Shown piece after piece: positions 9,022-17,817 of a DNA stretch of 64,000 bases (positions within the stretch are counted from its first letter, which is position 1; each line of letters opens with the position of its first letter). The notes under the pieces are model-generated. The model was not told where the DNA came from. It saw only the letters and a program-made list of their open reading frames with translations, and made no database searches. This stretch comes from Bryobacterales bacterium (GTDB lineage Bacteria; Acidobacteriota; Terriglobia; Bryobacterales; UBA6623): assembly GCA_028819235.1 (NCBI GenBank), contig JAPPMC010000172.1, positions 21,366 through 85,365 of the forward strand, written 5' to 3'. The position numbers and the translations under genes were made by a program.

Positions 9022-12000
9022 ATGACTGTTCGCACCCTATTGGCGATGGCCCTCGCATTGGCCATTCCCTCGGGAGCCCTGTTCGGCCAAGCCGCCGACA
9101 CGGCTCTCATAGTTGGCACTGTGACGGACGCCACGGGCGCCGTCGTTCCTGGCACAAGCATCACACTCGCCCACTTGGCGACTGGCACCGAGTACACGGC
9201 CGAATCAGGTGAGACCGGCACGTACCGGTCGCCGCCGCTGAGGATCGGCGAGTACATGGTCATCGCCGAAGCCGACGGCTTCAAGCAGTACTCCGGCAGC
9301 GGCGTCGTCTTGTCGATTGGCGACACTCGTCAGCTTGACATCACGCTTGAGATCGGTGCCGTCACCGAGGTCATCGAGGTCGAGGCCTCGGCCCCGCTAC
9401 TTCAGACGAGCGAAGCATCCGCCGGGACCGTAATCGAAAACCGCCAGATCGTCGACCTGCCTTTGAACGGCCGCGACTACCTCCAGCTCGCCGTGATTTC
9501 TTCGGGCACGGTCATGTCCCGCGGGCAGGGCGTTTCGATCGGCGGCCAGCGAGGCACGGAAGTCAACTTCGTTATCGACGGCATGGACAACAACAACCAG
9601 TCGATCGCGTCCCAAGGGAGGCAGAAAGAAGCTGTCAAACCGTCCATTGACGCGATTTCCGAGTTCAAGGTGATCACCAACGGCTTCGCGGCCGAGTATG
9701 GCCGGACATCCGCCGGAATCGTCAGCCTTTCGATCAAGTCCGGTACGAATGAGTTCCACGGAACGGGCTTCACCTTTTTCCGTGACGAGTCGATGGACGC
9801 TCGCAACTTTTTCGCACCTGCAAATGCCGAGAAACCGAAGTTCGAGCGCCGCCAGTATGGTTTCGCCGTTGGCGGTCCAATCAAGAGAAATCGGGCATTC
9901 CTATTTGGGGATATGGAGATCACGGACGTGAGGGAGTCAAGGACATTCGTCTCAACCGTGCCAACCCCCGCAGTCAAGAACGGCGACTTTAGCGGGTTTG
10001 ACATTGTTCACGACCCATTGACTTGGGATGGAACGGAACGCCAGCCGTTCGCCAACAACACGATTCCGCAGAGTCGGTTCGATCGCGTGACTAATGTCAT
10101 GAGGAACTGGTATCCCGACCCTGATAATCCGTCGCCAACCCGCAATTACACTTTCGTCACTCCCAGAAACCAAGATTTCCACAAATTCGATATCCGATAC
10201 GATCAGAACCTGAGCGCTACGGACAATTTCTTTTGGCGCTGGAGCAGCCAAGAGCAGAACATTGCCAGTACGCCGCGGTATCCCTCGATTCCGGACTTCG
10301 GTTCGATGTCGCGTGGAGCCGAGCAGAATGTCACAAGCAACAACACGGTCGTGTCGTACCAGAAGGTGTGGTCGCCGACATTGATCACCGCGTTCCGTGC
10401 TGGCTGGAACTATCTGGACACGGACGTTGAAACACACCTTGACATTGCCGAGAATATTAACGCCAAGTTGGGTATCCCGGGATTCAACCAACATCTTCGT
10501 GGAACGAACGAGATGACCCTCACCGGGTACTCCCAGTTGGGCAACAATACATTCCGACCCAACTTGATCCAGTCACAGACTCGCCAAGCTTCCGCGGATA
10601 CGACGTACACTCGTGGGAATCACGCCGTCAAATTCGGTGTCCAGTCTTGGTGGCTGCAAAGCTTCATCGACAATCCACAGAGAACGATGGGAACGATTTG
10701 GTATGACGGTCGGTTTACAGAACGGTCTCCCTCTAACCGAGGCGGGACTGGCGATTCGATGGGAGACTTCCTGCTGGGCTACGCTCGTGAGTTCGGCGCA
10801 TCCAACACTGTGTATATGAACATGCGGACCAACTTCCTGCACTTCTACGCACAGGATGACTGGAAGGTGACGGACAAGCTCACGCTGAACCTAGGGGTGC
10901 GGTACGAGTTGAACCCGCCGTACTACGAGACGCTTGACGGAATCGCAAACTTCAATCTCGGACCGTGCAGCCTTGAAGCCCGCATTGTCCCGGGAGGATG
11001 CGACCAAGGCTTCATCCACGTGGCCGGGCTCAACGGCAGTGACAATTTCAACCGACGCTTGATGACCACGGACTACACGAACTTCGCTCCTCGTTTCGGG
11101 CTGGCGTACAAGCTGACGGAGAAGACTGTGCTTCGCATGGCGTACGGAATCTTCTACGGCAACATGTCCAATACAGGCGGGGGCGAGTTTATGGAGACTA
11201 TGCCGCCCTTCCACATCAAGTCCAGTCTGGTCACCGGTCGCGTAGAGCCAACCCTGAAGCATTCGGAGGGCCTGCCTCCAGACACGATCAGCCCCCGGAA
11301 CGCGAGGGGCGTGGAGATGTCGTCGTTCGAGGTCGATCCTCAATGGCCTCTGGCCCAGAACTGGAACCTCAACCTGCAATTTTCCATGCCTGGCGACGCG
11401 CTGTGGGAAGTCGGGTACTTCGGCAACAAGATGAACCACATGATTGGTCGGTACGACGAGAACCTTCCTCGCCCGGGTCCCGGGAGCCCCAATTCGCGCA
11501 GGCCGTGGGCCAGGACGGAAATCCCAGCGTCTTGCCGCGGCGACCTGTGCTTCGAGGGTACTGAGCCGGGCGGGTTCATCACGCTGGGAAGGATGAATCG
11601 GCACGCTTTCCGAGAAAACACTCTCTACCACGGCTTCCAGACGAAGCTCGAGAAGCGCTATTCGCAGGGATTGACGTACATCCTGTCCTATTCGTGGTCC
11701 CACGTGATCGGCGATGCCCGTGGCGTGACCGGTTCCGGGGACGCGCCGGGATCGAACCTGCGCTTTGTGCTCGACCCGCTCGACTGGCGACGCGAGCGCG
11801 GCGATGGTGCGCAGGACATGCGCCACCGCTTCATCGGCAGCTACGTCTACGAACTGCCCTTTGGCAGGAGCAAGAGGTTCGGCAGCGGTTGGGGTAGTGG
11901 CGTGAACGCGGTTCTGGGCGACTGGTCGATCGGGTCGATCATCACGCTCACCTCCGGCACTCCCCAGCACCTGACGGTTGCCGGAAACCCGGCCAATGTC

Positions 12001-12354
12001 GGTGGAGGTGACCGACCTGATGTCGTAGCGGGCACTTCCTGGAAGCTCGACAATCCGGACCCAGCCCGCTTCTACAACGCGGCAGCGTTCGTTCCCAACC
12101 AACCCTTCACATTCGGGAATGCGGGAAAGAACGTGCTAGTTGGACCAGGGACGATCGGCTGGGACTTCTCGCTGTACAAGAACATCCGTTTTGGAGAGAA
12201 GTACGGGCTGCAGTTCCGCGCGGAGGCGTTCAACTTCCCCAACCACCCGAACTTCAACTTCCCCAACGCCCAAGTGGGCAACCGGAACTTCGGCATCATC
12301 TCCAGCGCTCGCGCACCGCGGATCATGCAGATCGGGCTGAAGTTCGTCTTCTGA
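9022..12354 (+). CDS. TonB-dependent receptor with carboxypeptidase-regulatory-like domain
   Basis: 1110-aa ORF. Signal peptide MTVRTLLAMALALAIPSGALFGQA. CarboxypepD_reg start IVGTVTDATGAVVPG, plug-like region, and a C-terminal barrel motif (PRIMQIGLKFVF). Confidence 0.9.
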   Translation: MTVRTLLAMALALAIPSGALFGQAADTALIVGTVTDATGAVVPGTSITLAHLATGTEYTAESGETGTYRSPPLRIGEYMVIAEADGFKQYSGSGVVLSIGDTRQLDITLEIGAVTEVIEVEASAPLLQTSEASAGTVIENRQIVDLPLNGRDYLQLAVISSGTVMSRGQGVSIGGQRGTEVNFVIDGMDNNNQSIASQGRQKEAVKPSIDAISEFKVITNGFAAEYGRTSAGIVSLSIKSGTNEFHGTGFTFFRDESMDARNFFAPANAEKPKFERRQYGFAVGGPIKRNRAFLFGDMEITDVRESRTFVSTVPTPAVKNGDFSGFDIVHDPLTWDGTERQPFANNTIPQSRFDRVTNVMRNWYPDPDNPSPTRNYTFVTPRNQDFHKFDIRYDQNLSATDNFFWRWSSQEQNIASTPRYPSIPDFGSMSRGAEQNVTSNNTVVSYQKVWSPTLITAFRAGWNYLDTDVETHLDIAENINAKLGIPGFNQHLRGTNEMTLTGYSQLGNNTFRPNLIQSQTRQASADTTYTRGNHAVKFGVQSWWLQSFIDNPQRTMGTIWYDGRFTERSPSNRGGTGDSMGDFLLGYAREFGASNTVYMNMRTNFLHFYAQDDWKVTDKLTLNLGVRYELNPPYYETLDGIANFNLGPCSLEARIVPGGCDQGFIHVAGLNGSDNFNRRLMTTDYTNFAPRFGLAYKLTEKTVLRMAYGIFYGNMSNTGGGEFMETMPPFHIKSSLVTGRVEPTLKHSEGLPPDTISPRNARGVEMSSFEVDPQWPLAQNWNLNLQFSMPGDALWEVGYFGNKMNHMIGRYDENLPRPGPGSPNSRRPWARTEIPASCRGDLCFEGTEPGGFITLGRMNRHAFRENTLYHGFQTKLEKRYSQGLTYILSYSWSHVIGDARGVTGSGDAPGSNLRFVLDPLDWRRERGDGAQDMRHRFIGSYVYELPFGRSKRFGSGWGSGVNAVLGDWSIGSIITLTSGTPQHLTVAGNPANVGGGDRPDVVAGTSWKLDNPDPARFYNAAAFVPNQPFTFGNAGKNVLVGPGTIGWDFSLYKNIRFGEKYGLQFRAEAFNFPNHPNFNFPNAQVGNRNFGIISSARAPRIMQIGLKFVF

Positions 12355-12363
12355 CCGTTCCCA

Positions 12364-12395
12364 CCGGAGGGCGCCCTTTGAGGGGCGTCCTCCGG
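12364..12395 (+). terminator. GC-rich stem-loop 10 nt after the TonB-receptor stop (candidate intrinsic terminator without U-tract)
   Basis: CCGGAGGGCGCCC (12364-12376) pairs with GGGCGTCCTCCGG (12383-12395), 13 bp with one G.U. The loop is TTTGAG. No T-run follows, so termination activity is uncertain. Confidence 0.4.
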
Positions 12396-12725
12396 CATGC
12401 GCCAGCACTCCGACTCGAGCCGGGAATGGACTCCTGATCGTCCCGTGTCGCCCGGCACAACGGGTGGTCACCAGGGACAGCCGCCAGCAGGCAGGCTGGC
12501 CGATCGTCTTGCGCATGACGCGATCTGCCGGTCCGCCTCCCTGCGTTGAGACAGATACGTACGCTCGCGCGATACTCAATGTGTAGAGCCGTCGTGCGCA
12601 CCGGACATGAATCGGAAATGTCGGCACATCCACGGCACGTTGTCACGCGCGCGACGGCTGTCGAAGTGACTTCTTGGAAGTTGGCCCCTCCGTACCTCGA
12701 TCCCAAGGGTGAGTCCGCACACCCA

Positions 12726-14702
12726 ATGCTGCGAGGGGCGATGGCCGCTCTGCTGACAATTGCTCCATTTGTGGCCTCGTATGCGCAGACTAGCGACCGG
12801 AGCGGCAATGCTTCGTTCACCGATAACTGTGTGATCTGCCACGCCGGAGACGGTAGAGGCACGAACCGCGGCCCATCAATCTTGGAGTTCGTCGCGAGTG
12901 CTTCCGGAAACGACGTTGGGAGCTTCCTCCGGAGTGGATCTCCGGAGACTGGGATGCCAGCGTTCGACCTGCCCAACTCTGAAATGGAGGCCTTGGTGGA
13001 ATTCCTCCGGACGCTGCCCCAACCCAGCGACAGCGCACTGGCACTTCCACCCGCTGACTTCCCGCTTGTGGACGGCGGCCGCGTCCGAGGAGTCGTCCTG
13101 AACCAGAGCGGGTTTGACGCCCAGATCCGAACCGCCACAGGAAGCATTCGGCTTCTCCGTCGGTCTGCGGACACCTACTCTGCGGCCGAAATCGGTCCCA
13201 GCGTCGATTGGCCAACCTACCACGGCACATTCAGCGGCAACCGCCACAGTCCGCTGGACCAGATCAACCGAGGGAATGTCCGCGCACTGGCACCGCGATG
13301 GTTCTACCCGATTCCGGGACAGAGGATGATCGAGGGCACACCAGTCGTCATCGACGGAATCATGTACGTCACCGCCGTGAATCGGGTCACCGCCCTAGAC
13401 GCGGAGACTGGACGAGAAATCTGGACGTACTCCCAGCCGCGCAACACGGGTCTTATCGGCGATGCGGCTATCGGCCTGAACCGGGGAATTGCCGTCCGCG
13501 ACGACTTGGTCTTCACTGTGACCGATCACGCCCACGCGATCGCGCTGAACCGCTCGACCGGAGAACTGGTCTGGGACGTTGAGATGGCGGACTGGCGGGA
13601 CCACTACGGCGCGATTGCGGCCCCGCTGGCGATCGGGGATCTGGTCTACTTCGGCATCTCCGGCGGCGACACCGGCCTGCGAGGTTTTCTGGATGCCTAT
13701 CTTGCCGAGACCGGAGAGCGAGCGTGGCGGTTCTGGACGATTCCGGCACCCGGAGAGCCCGGTTCCGAGACCTGGGGGGATCCGGACGTAATGGAGAAGG
13801 GATGCGGAGCAACCTGGCTTACTGGAAGCTATGACCCGGAACTGGACGTTCTCTACTGGCCGACGGGAAATCCATGCCCCGACCTCAACGGTGACCGACG
13901 CCCCGGAGACAACCTCTACACCAACTCCGTCCTAGCACTGGCGCCGCGGACGGGCGATCTACTGTGGCACTTCCAGTTCACGCCTCACGACACGCACGAC
14001 TGGGACGCCCAGGAGCCTCTGATCCTCGTGGACGAAGAGTTCGACGGGCGACCTCGCAAGCTGCTGGTCCAAGCGAATCGCAACGGCTTCCTGTATGTGC
14101 TCGATCGCCAGACCGGAGAGTTTCTATTGGGCGAGCCGTTCGTGGATCAGACCTGGGCCGAGAGAATCGATCGGACAGGTCGTCCGATCGTCAAGCCAGG
14201 CAGCGACCCCACCGTTGAAGGGAGCGTTGTGTGCCCTCCGATCCGCGGTGCCACGAACTGGTGGTCGTCGGCCTACAGCCCTGTCACGAGGCTGTTCTAC
14301 GTGATGGTCCACGAAGCGTGCATGCTCTACATCAAGGAAGACGTGCCGTGGCAGCGCGGAAAGTCATGGCTGGGGGGAACGTTCCGCCTCGCGGACGGCT
14401 CCCCGAATCAGAGGCACATCCGCGCGCTGGACATCCAAACCGGACGGACCGTGTGGAACTACGCTCAAACCGGTCGCTCCACGACATATTCCGGCGTGCT
14501 CTCCACAGAGGGCGGTCTGGTGTTCTTCGGCGAGGACAGCGGAGCGTTCGCCGCAGTCGACGCCGAGAGCGGACAGCCGCTGTGGCACTTCCAGGCGAGC
14601 CAAGACTGGAAGGCCTCGCCCATGACGTACATGGTCGGCGGACGTCAATTCATAACGATCGCGTCCCAGCTTGGGTTCTGGTCGTTCGCTCTGCGCAACT
14701 GA
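12726..14702 (+). CDS. Quinohemoprotein-like dehydrogenase: N-terminal cytochrome c domain + PQQ-dependent 8-bladed beta-propeller
   Basis: Signal-like MLRGAMAALLTIAPFVASYAQ, then a CVICH heme motif. PQQ-ADH family blocks follow (WPTYHGTFSGNRHSPLDQINRGNV, YDPELDVLYWPTGNPCPD, GDNLYTNSVLALAPRTGDLLWHFQFTPHDTHDWD). Start moved to the internal ATG; the track ORF begins at 12546. Confidence 0.85.
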   Translation: MLRGAMAALLTIAPFVASYAQTSDRSGNASFTDNCVICHAGDGRGTNRGPSILEFVASASGNDVGSFLRSGSPETGMPAFDLPNSEMEALVEFLRTLPQPSDSALALPPADFPLVDGGRVRGVVLNQSGFDAQIRTATGSIRLLRRSADTYSAAEIGPSVDWPTYHGTFSGNRHSPLDQINRGNVRALAPRWFYPIPGQRMIEGTPVVIDGIMYVTAVNRVTALDAETGREIWTYSQPRNTGLIGDAAIGLNRGIAVRDDLVFTVTDHAHAIALNRSTGELVWDVEMADWRDHYGAIAAPLAIGDLVYFGISGGDTGLRGFLDAYLAETGERAWRFWTIPAPGEPGSETWGDPDVMEKGCGATWLTGSYDPELDVLYWPTGNPCPDLNGDRRPGDNLYTNSVLALAPRTGDLLWHFQFTPHDTHDWDAQEPLILVDEEFDGRPRKLLVQANRNGFLYVLDRQTGEFLLGEPFVDQTWAERIDRTGRPIVKPGSDPTVEGSVVCPPIRGATNWWSSAYSPVTRLFYVMVHEACMLYIKEDVPWQRGKSWLGGTFRLADGSPNQRHIRALDIQTGRTVWNYAQTGRSTTYSGVLSTEGGLVFFGEDSGAFAAVDAESGQPLWHFQASQDWKASPMTYMVGGRQFITIASQLGFWSFALRN

Positions 14703-14728
14703 TCCTTGGTGCGTTGCAGACCTGCGCG

Positions 14729-16213
14729 TCAGCTGGCGTCCGCTCGAATGTCTCGCAACTCGCGGTCCATCCTGGCAGCGGTGTCCGAATCGCCGGCCGC
14801 TCGCGCAGCGTCCCTGAGGCCGACCACCGATAGCGCCCGCCTGGGGGCCCGCAGCAGCGACACGCTGAATGCCTCGGCTGCCTCGGCTGCCCGACCGAGG
14901 CTAAGCAAGGCCTCCCCTAGGAGCTCGTGGGATGGCTTCGCAGGAAACGGCGGACCGTAGCCATATGACGTGGATTCCTCTTGTTCGGCCGCCATCCGCA
15001 ACTTCTCAACGCCACGATCGGGATCGTTCTGAAGCAGGAGAAGACCTTCCAGCTCCAAAGCAGCAATCGGCACGGACTTGGCCTTTCCCGCATTCTCGCG
15101 AGAGTATGTCTGGAGCCTGCCGAGCCATTCCTTGGCCGCGTTGATCCGTCCTGTCTTCACTGCGGCTATGCCCTCGGCCAGTGCGTAGGCACCGAGCGCC
15201 CGTCCATCAATCCCATCCAAGTCAACCTCCTCCAAGCCCGCATCCCAGAGTTCAGCCTCGATCATCAGATGCGACCGCAGGTATGCATGGTGGCTACGCG
15301 CCAGCCTGCTGCCTGAAGCACGGGCGTCATCGGCGATGACGTGGAGCCAGCGGCGTGCCTCATCCAGGCGGCCCTGCTGCAGATAGGCGTACTGTAGCCA
15401 CCACATTGCGTGGTAACCACGCGAGTCCGTGCCGAGGCCGAGCCGTTTGACCCGCGCTTCGGAGGAGTTCCAAGAATCGATGTTTGACGAGACGCACTCG
15501 TCCCACATGCCCAAGGCGAGAAAGATGTGCGAAGGCATGTGCTGGGCATGGGGGGCCGATGAGGCCACCTTCGAGTACCGTCTCGCGTAGCGCAGCCCTA
15601 ACGGCGCATGTACTGGATCGTCGAATGAGTGAATCAGGTAGTGCAGTGCACCGGGATGATCCGGGTTCCGCCTATACACCTCCTCAGCCACTGCCGCAAT
15701 CCGCATGTAGGTGCGCGTATCCCGAGTCCCGCCCGTCGTCCCGAACATCGAGACGGCATACAGCGCGGCAGCCTCCATGTCGTCGGAATCCGACCGGTAG
15801 AGGTCTCCCATCGCTTCGGAGTACAGCCTCCAGCGGTCTTCTTTGGATCCCTCGCCGAAGAGTACGCGCGCGGCTCTCACGTACTCCGCCTCCCTCTCGG
15901 TGAGCCTAGACTCCTCGGTGAGCCGCGACAATGCCAACTTGCCCTCCTTTATGTTCTCCCGTCCCCAGACGGGGCGATAGTGGGTCAGAGCTTCGCCCCA
16001 GTACGCCAGACCAAACCCTTGGTCGGCCTCCTGCGTCCGCCGAAAGGCCGTGGCAGCGTCGTCGTACTCAAAGTTGTGGAGCAGCGCCATCCCCGTGAGG
16101 AAGTCCTCCTGCGCCGCATCCGAGCCGCTGTTGGGGAAGTTGATCACGCCAAGTGTCTGCTCCGCCCCCAGCCCTCCCGCGGCGAAGAGAAGCCCGGCAA
16201 TCAGATTCTTCAT
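14729..16213 (-). CDS. Secreted TPR-like repeat protein (hypothetical)
   Basis: ORF with signal peptide MKNLIAGLLFAAGGLGA. The body is a helical-repeat-like sequence rich in A/L/Y/E (FEYDDAATAFRRTQEADQGFGLAYWGEALTHY...). Start taken at MKNL; the track ORF starts 51 nt upstream. Confidence 0.7.
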   Translation of the reverse strand: MKNLIAGLLFAAGGLGAEQTLGVINFPNSGSDAAQEDFLTGMALLHNFEYDDAATAFRRTQEADQGFGLAYWGEALTHYRPVWGRENIKEGKLALSRLTEESRLTEREAEYVRAARVLFGEGSKEDRWRLYSEAMGDLYRSDSDDMEAAALYAVSMFGTTGGTRDTRTYMRIAAVAEEVYRRNPDHPGALHYLIHSFDDPVHAPLGLRYARRYSKVASSAPHAQHMPSHIFLALGMWDECVSSNIDSWNSSEARVKRLGLGTDSRGYHAMWWLQYAYLQQGRLDEARRWLHVIADDARASGSRLARSHHAYLRSHLMIEAELWDAGLEEVDLDGIDGRALGAYALAEGIAAVKTGRINAAKEWLGRLQTYSRENAGKAKSVPIAALELEGLLLLQNDPDRGVEKLRMAAEQEESTSYGYGPPFPAKPSHELLGEALLSLGRAAEAAEAFSVSLLRAPRRALSVVGLRDAARAAGDSDTAARMDRELRDIRADAS

Positions 16214-16791
16214 GGTCCACAGCCTAACACCGAGCGGGCTCCCTGCACATCGGTACGAAGGCAACCCGTGCTAGCAAGGGGAGCCCGGCCGGCCTGGTTC
16301 GCTTCCCCTTTCGCAAGCCAGATGGGGCGCGGGTCCGGCCTCCACGATGGGATGTCGACCGTTGTTCTTTGGCGGCCACCGAACTCAGATCCGCACGTCG
16401 GATGATCCCCGATTGCCTATTCCTGCGACTTGCAGGTCAGCGTTTGCGAGGGTCGCCCAAGACTCATGGGACTTGCCGGAGGGACAGGACCGCTCTCCGG
16501 GGCTAGACATCGCCGGAGGTGCACCGCCTTCGTGCCGGCGACACCGGCGTCTTGGACCCGACTCCCTTGAGATTGTGGGAATCCACAACCTTGACGGTCC
16601 GGTGGGCAATCGGCTCCTTATCCTCCACAAGCAGCGTGCGCGGCACGTGTCGACCTACCGTTGAGGTCGCACTAGGAACGCTGGGACCCAATCCATTGGA
16701 CCCGGTCGATCAAGTGGCGGCCAAGAGGCACTCACGGGTCACGTGCCCGCTGACGGCAGGGTGGAATCTGTGGCGGTCGGCTTCCCGCAGA

Positions 16792-17010
16792 TCAGCGATA
16801 CAGGGAGTTCCTGTCCCACGTGCTGTCTCCGCCGACCGGTACGGTCACGAGTCGGATCCGGCGTTTCCCAACCGCATGTGGGGCCGCCCATGCTGCTCTG
16901 TCAAGGATTGCATGCACCTCAGCCTGCAGCGAGCGGTTGTGGCTCCGGGCGAGTCGCATGAGTGCTCGTAGCGTGGTGGGATCGATGTCCCTGACCAGAA
17001 TCGAAGTCAC
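16792..17010 (-). CDS. Ribbon-helix-helix (Arc/FitA/VapB-like) antitoxin-type DNA-binding protein
   Basis: 72 codons with a GTG start. The N-terminus TSILVRDIDPTTLRALMRLARSHNRSLQAEVHAILDRA matches the RHH pattern of FitA/VapB-type antitoxins (beta-strand, helix, helix). Confidence 0.6.
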   Translation of the reverse strand: MTSILVRDIDPTTLRALMRLARSHNRSLQAEVHAILDRAAWAAPHAVGKRRIRLVTVPVGGDSTWDRNSLYR

Positions 17011-17019
17011 ACCAACAGC

Positions 17020-17430
17020 CTACGAGAGTACGGTCCCATTCAGCGGTTTACATGAATGGTCGAGTTGCTCGCAGGTCGAGTCGGCCGCGGCCACCCATCC
17101 GACCGGTTCCGCGGATTCGCTGTAGTGATCACAGTCGGCCATGGTCTTGCGATTGAGGTCTGGCACGCCGTGGAAGGTCTGTCGCTCTACGGCTGGCTGG
17201 CCGAGCAGAGCGAATTGTCGTTCTCGAACTGTGCGGGTTCCGGAGATTCTGGCCGCCCAAACTCCAGAAACTATGGCCAGTTCGGCTGATCCGGCGGCCC
17301 ACATGGGCGCGACTAAGTTCTCCGCGAGTGAGCATGCAAGGGCGTTCCGGATGCCCTCAGCGCCGCCGGATGCCAGCTTGCCCGCAGCGAACGCAGCCAC
17401 TACCTTCAGAAGGGAGACATGTACCATCAT
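17020..17430 (-). CDS. Hypothetical protein (136 aa), packed between hicA and the RHH gene
   Basis: ORF with coding-like codon usage. It starts 19 nt after the hicA stop and ends 9 nt before the RHH gene start. I recognise no family. Confidence 0.35.
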   Translation of the reverse strand: MMVHVSLLKVVAAFAAGKLASGGAEGIRNALACSLAENLVAPMWAAGSAELAIVSGVWAARISGTRTVRERQFALLGQPAVERQTFHGVPDLNRKTMADCDHYSESAEPVGWVAAADSTCEQLDHSCKPLNGTVLS

Positions 17431-17449
17431 TCCCGCAGGCCCAGCCCGG

Positions 17450-17629
17450 CTAGCGGCAATCCAGCTTCGAGAGGATGTGCCTGGCGAGGTGTTCGTTGAT
17501 TTCGCGATGGCGTGGCACGGGCTGGGAGAACCCCGTGGCGGGATTGCGGTACCAGTCGTGCTTGCCGCCGTGCCGGACTAGCACACAGCCAGCCCTCTTG
17601 ATTCTCCTGACAAGCACGGTCCGTTTCAC
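17450..17629 (-). CDS. hicA: HicA family mRNA-interferase toxin (59 aa)
   Basis: Hand translation of the minus strand from GTG (17629-17627) gives VKRTVLVRRIKRAGCVLVRHGGKHDWYRNPATGFSQPVPRHREINEHLARHILSKLDCR, then TAG at 17452-17450. This matches the HicA signature (G-x-HxxY / GSH-type dsRBD core, PxH..i....l..Il). The GTG overlaps the hicB stop (GTGA). It is absent from the ORF track because it is under 60 aa. Confidence 0.85.
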   Translation of the reverse strand: MKRTVLVRRIKRAGCVLVRHGGKHDWYRNPATGFSQPVPRHREINEHLARHILSKLDCR

Positions 17630-17817
17630 GCGACCGCGATATCGGCCACCCTGCGGATTCCTCGCAACTCGCCGCTGGTGAGATCCTTGTAGAGAGCGCG
17701 GAGATGGGATTCGAGGTCTTCCAGCGTGTCTCCTTGGGTCCAGTAGTCGGGGAATTCTTGGAGATACCCGATCCAGAAGCCGTCATCCTCCCAGAAGACG
17801 ATCTTGACCGTCGGCAT
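17626..17817 (-). CDS. hicB: HicB family antitoxin, short form (63 aa; UPF0150-like, no C-terminal DNA-binding domain)
   Basis: MPTVKIVFWEDDGFWIGYLQEFPDYWTQGDTLEDLESHLRALYKDLTSGE... fits the HicB N-domain pattern (..G.w.a...e.Pg..tQG.TleE....l.eA). GGAGGG lies 7 nt upstream of the ATG at 17817. The track ORF extension to 17991 is not supported. Confidence 0.8.
   Translation of the reverse strand: MPTVKIVFWEDDGFWIGYLQEFPDYWTQGDTLEDLESHLRALYKDLTSGELRGIRRVADIAVA

Noticed and set aside
10891-12102. A 403-aa ORF antisense to the TonB-dependent receptor. Similar long antisense ORFs occur at 537-1592, 8418-9326, 45626-46612, 53200-54243 and 56772-57770.
   Set aside because: Each lies antisense to or overlapping a confidently assigned gene, has low-complexity Arg/Pro-rich composition, and shows no recognisable domains.
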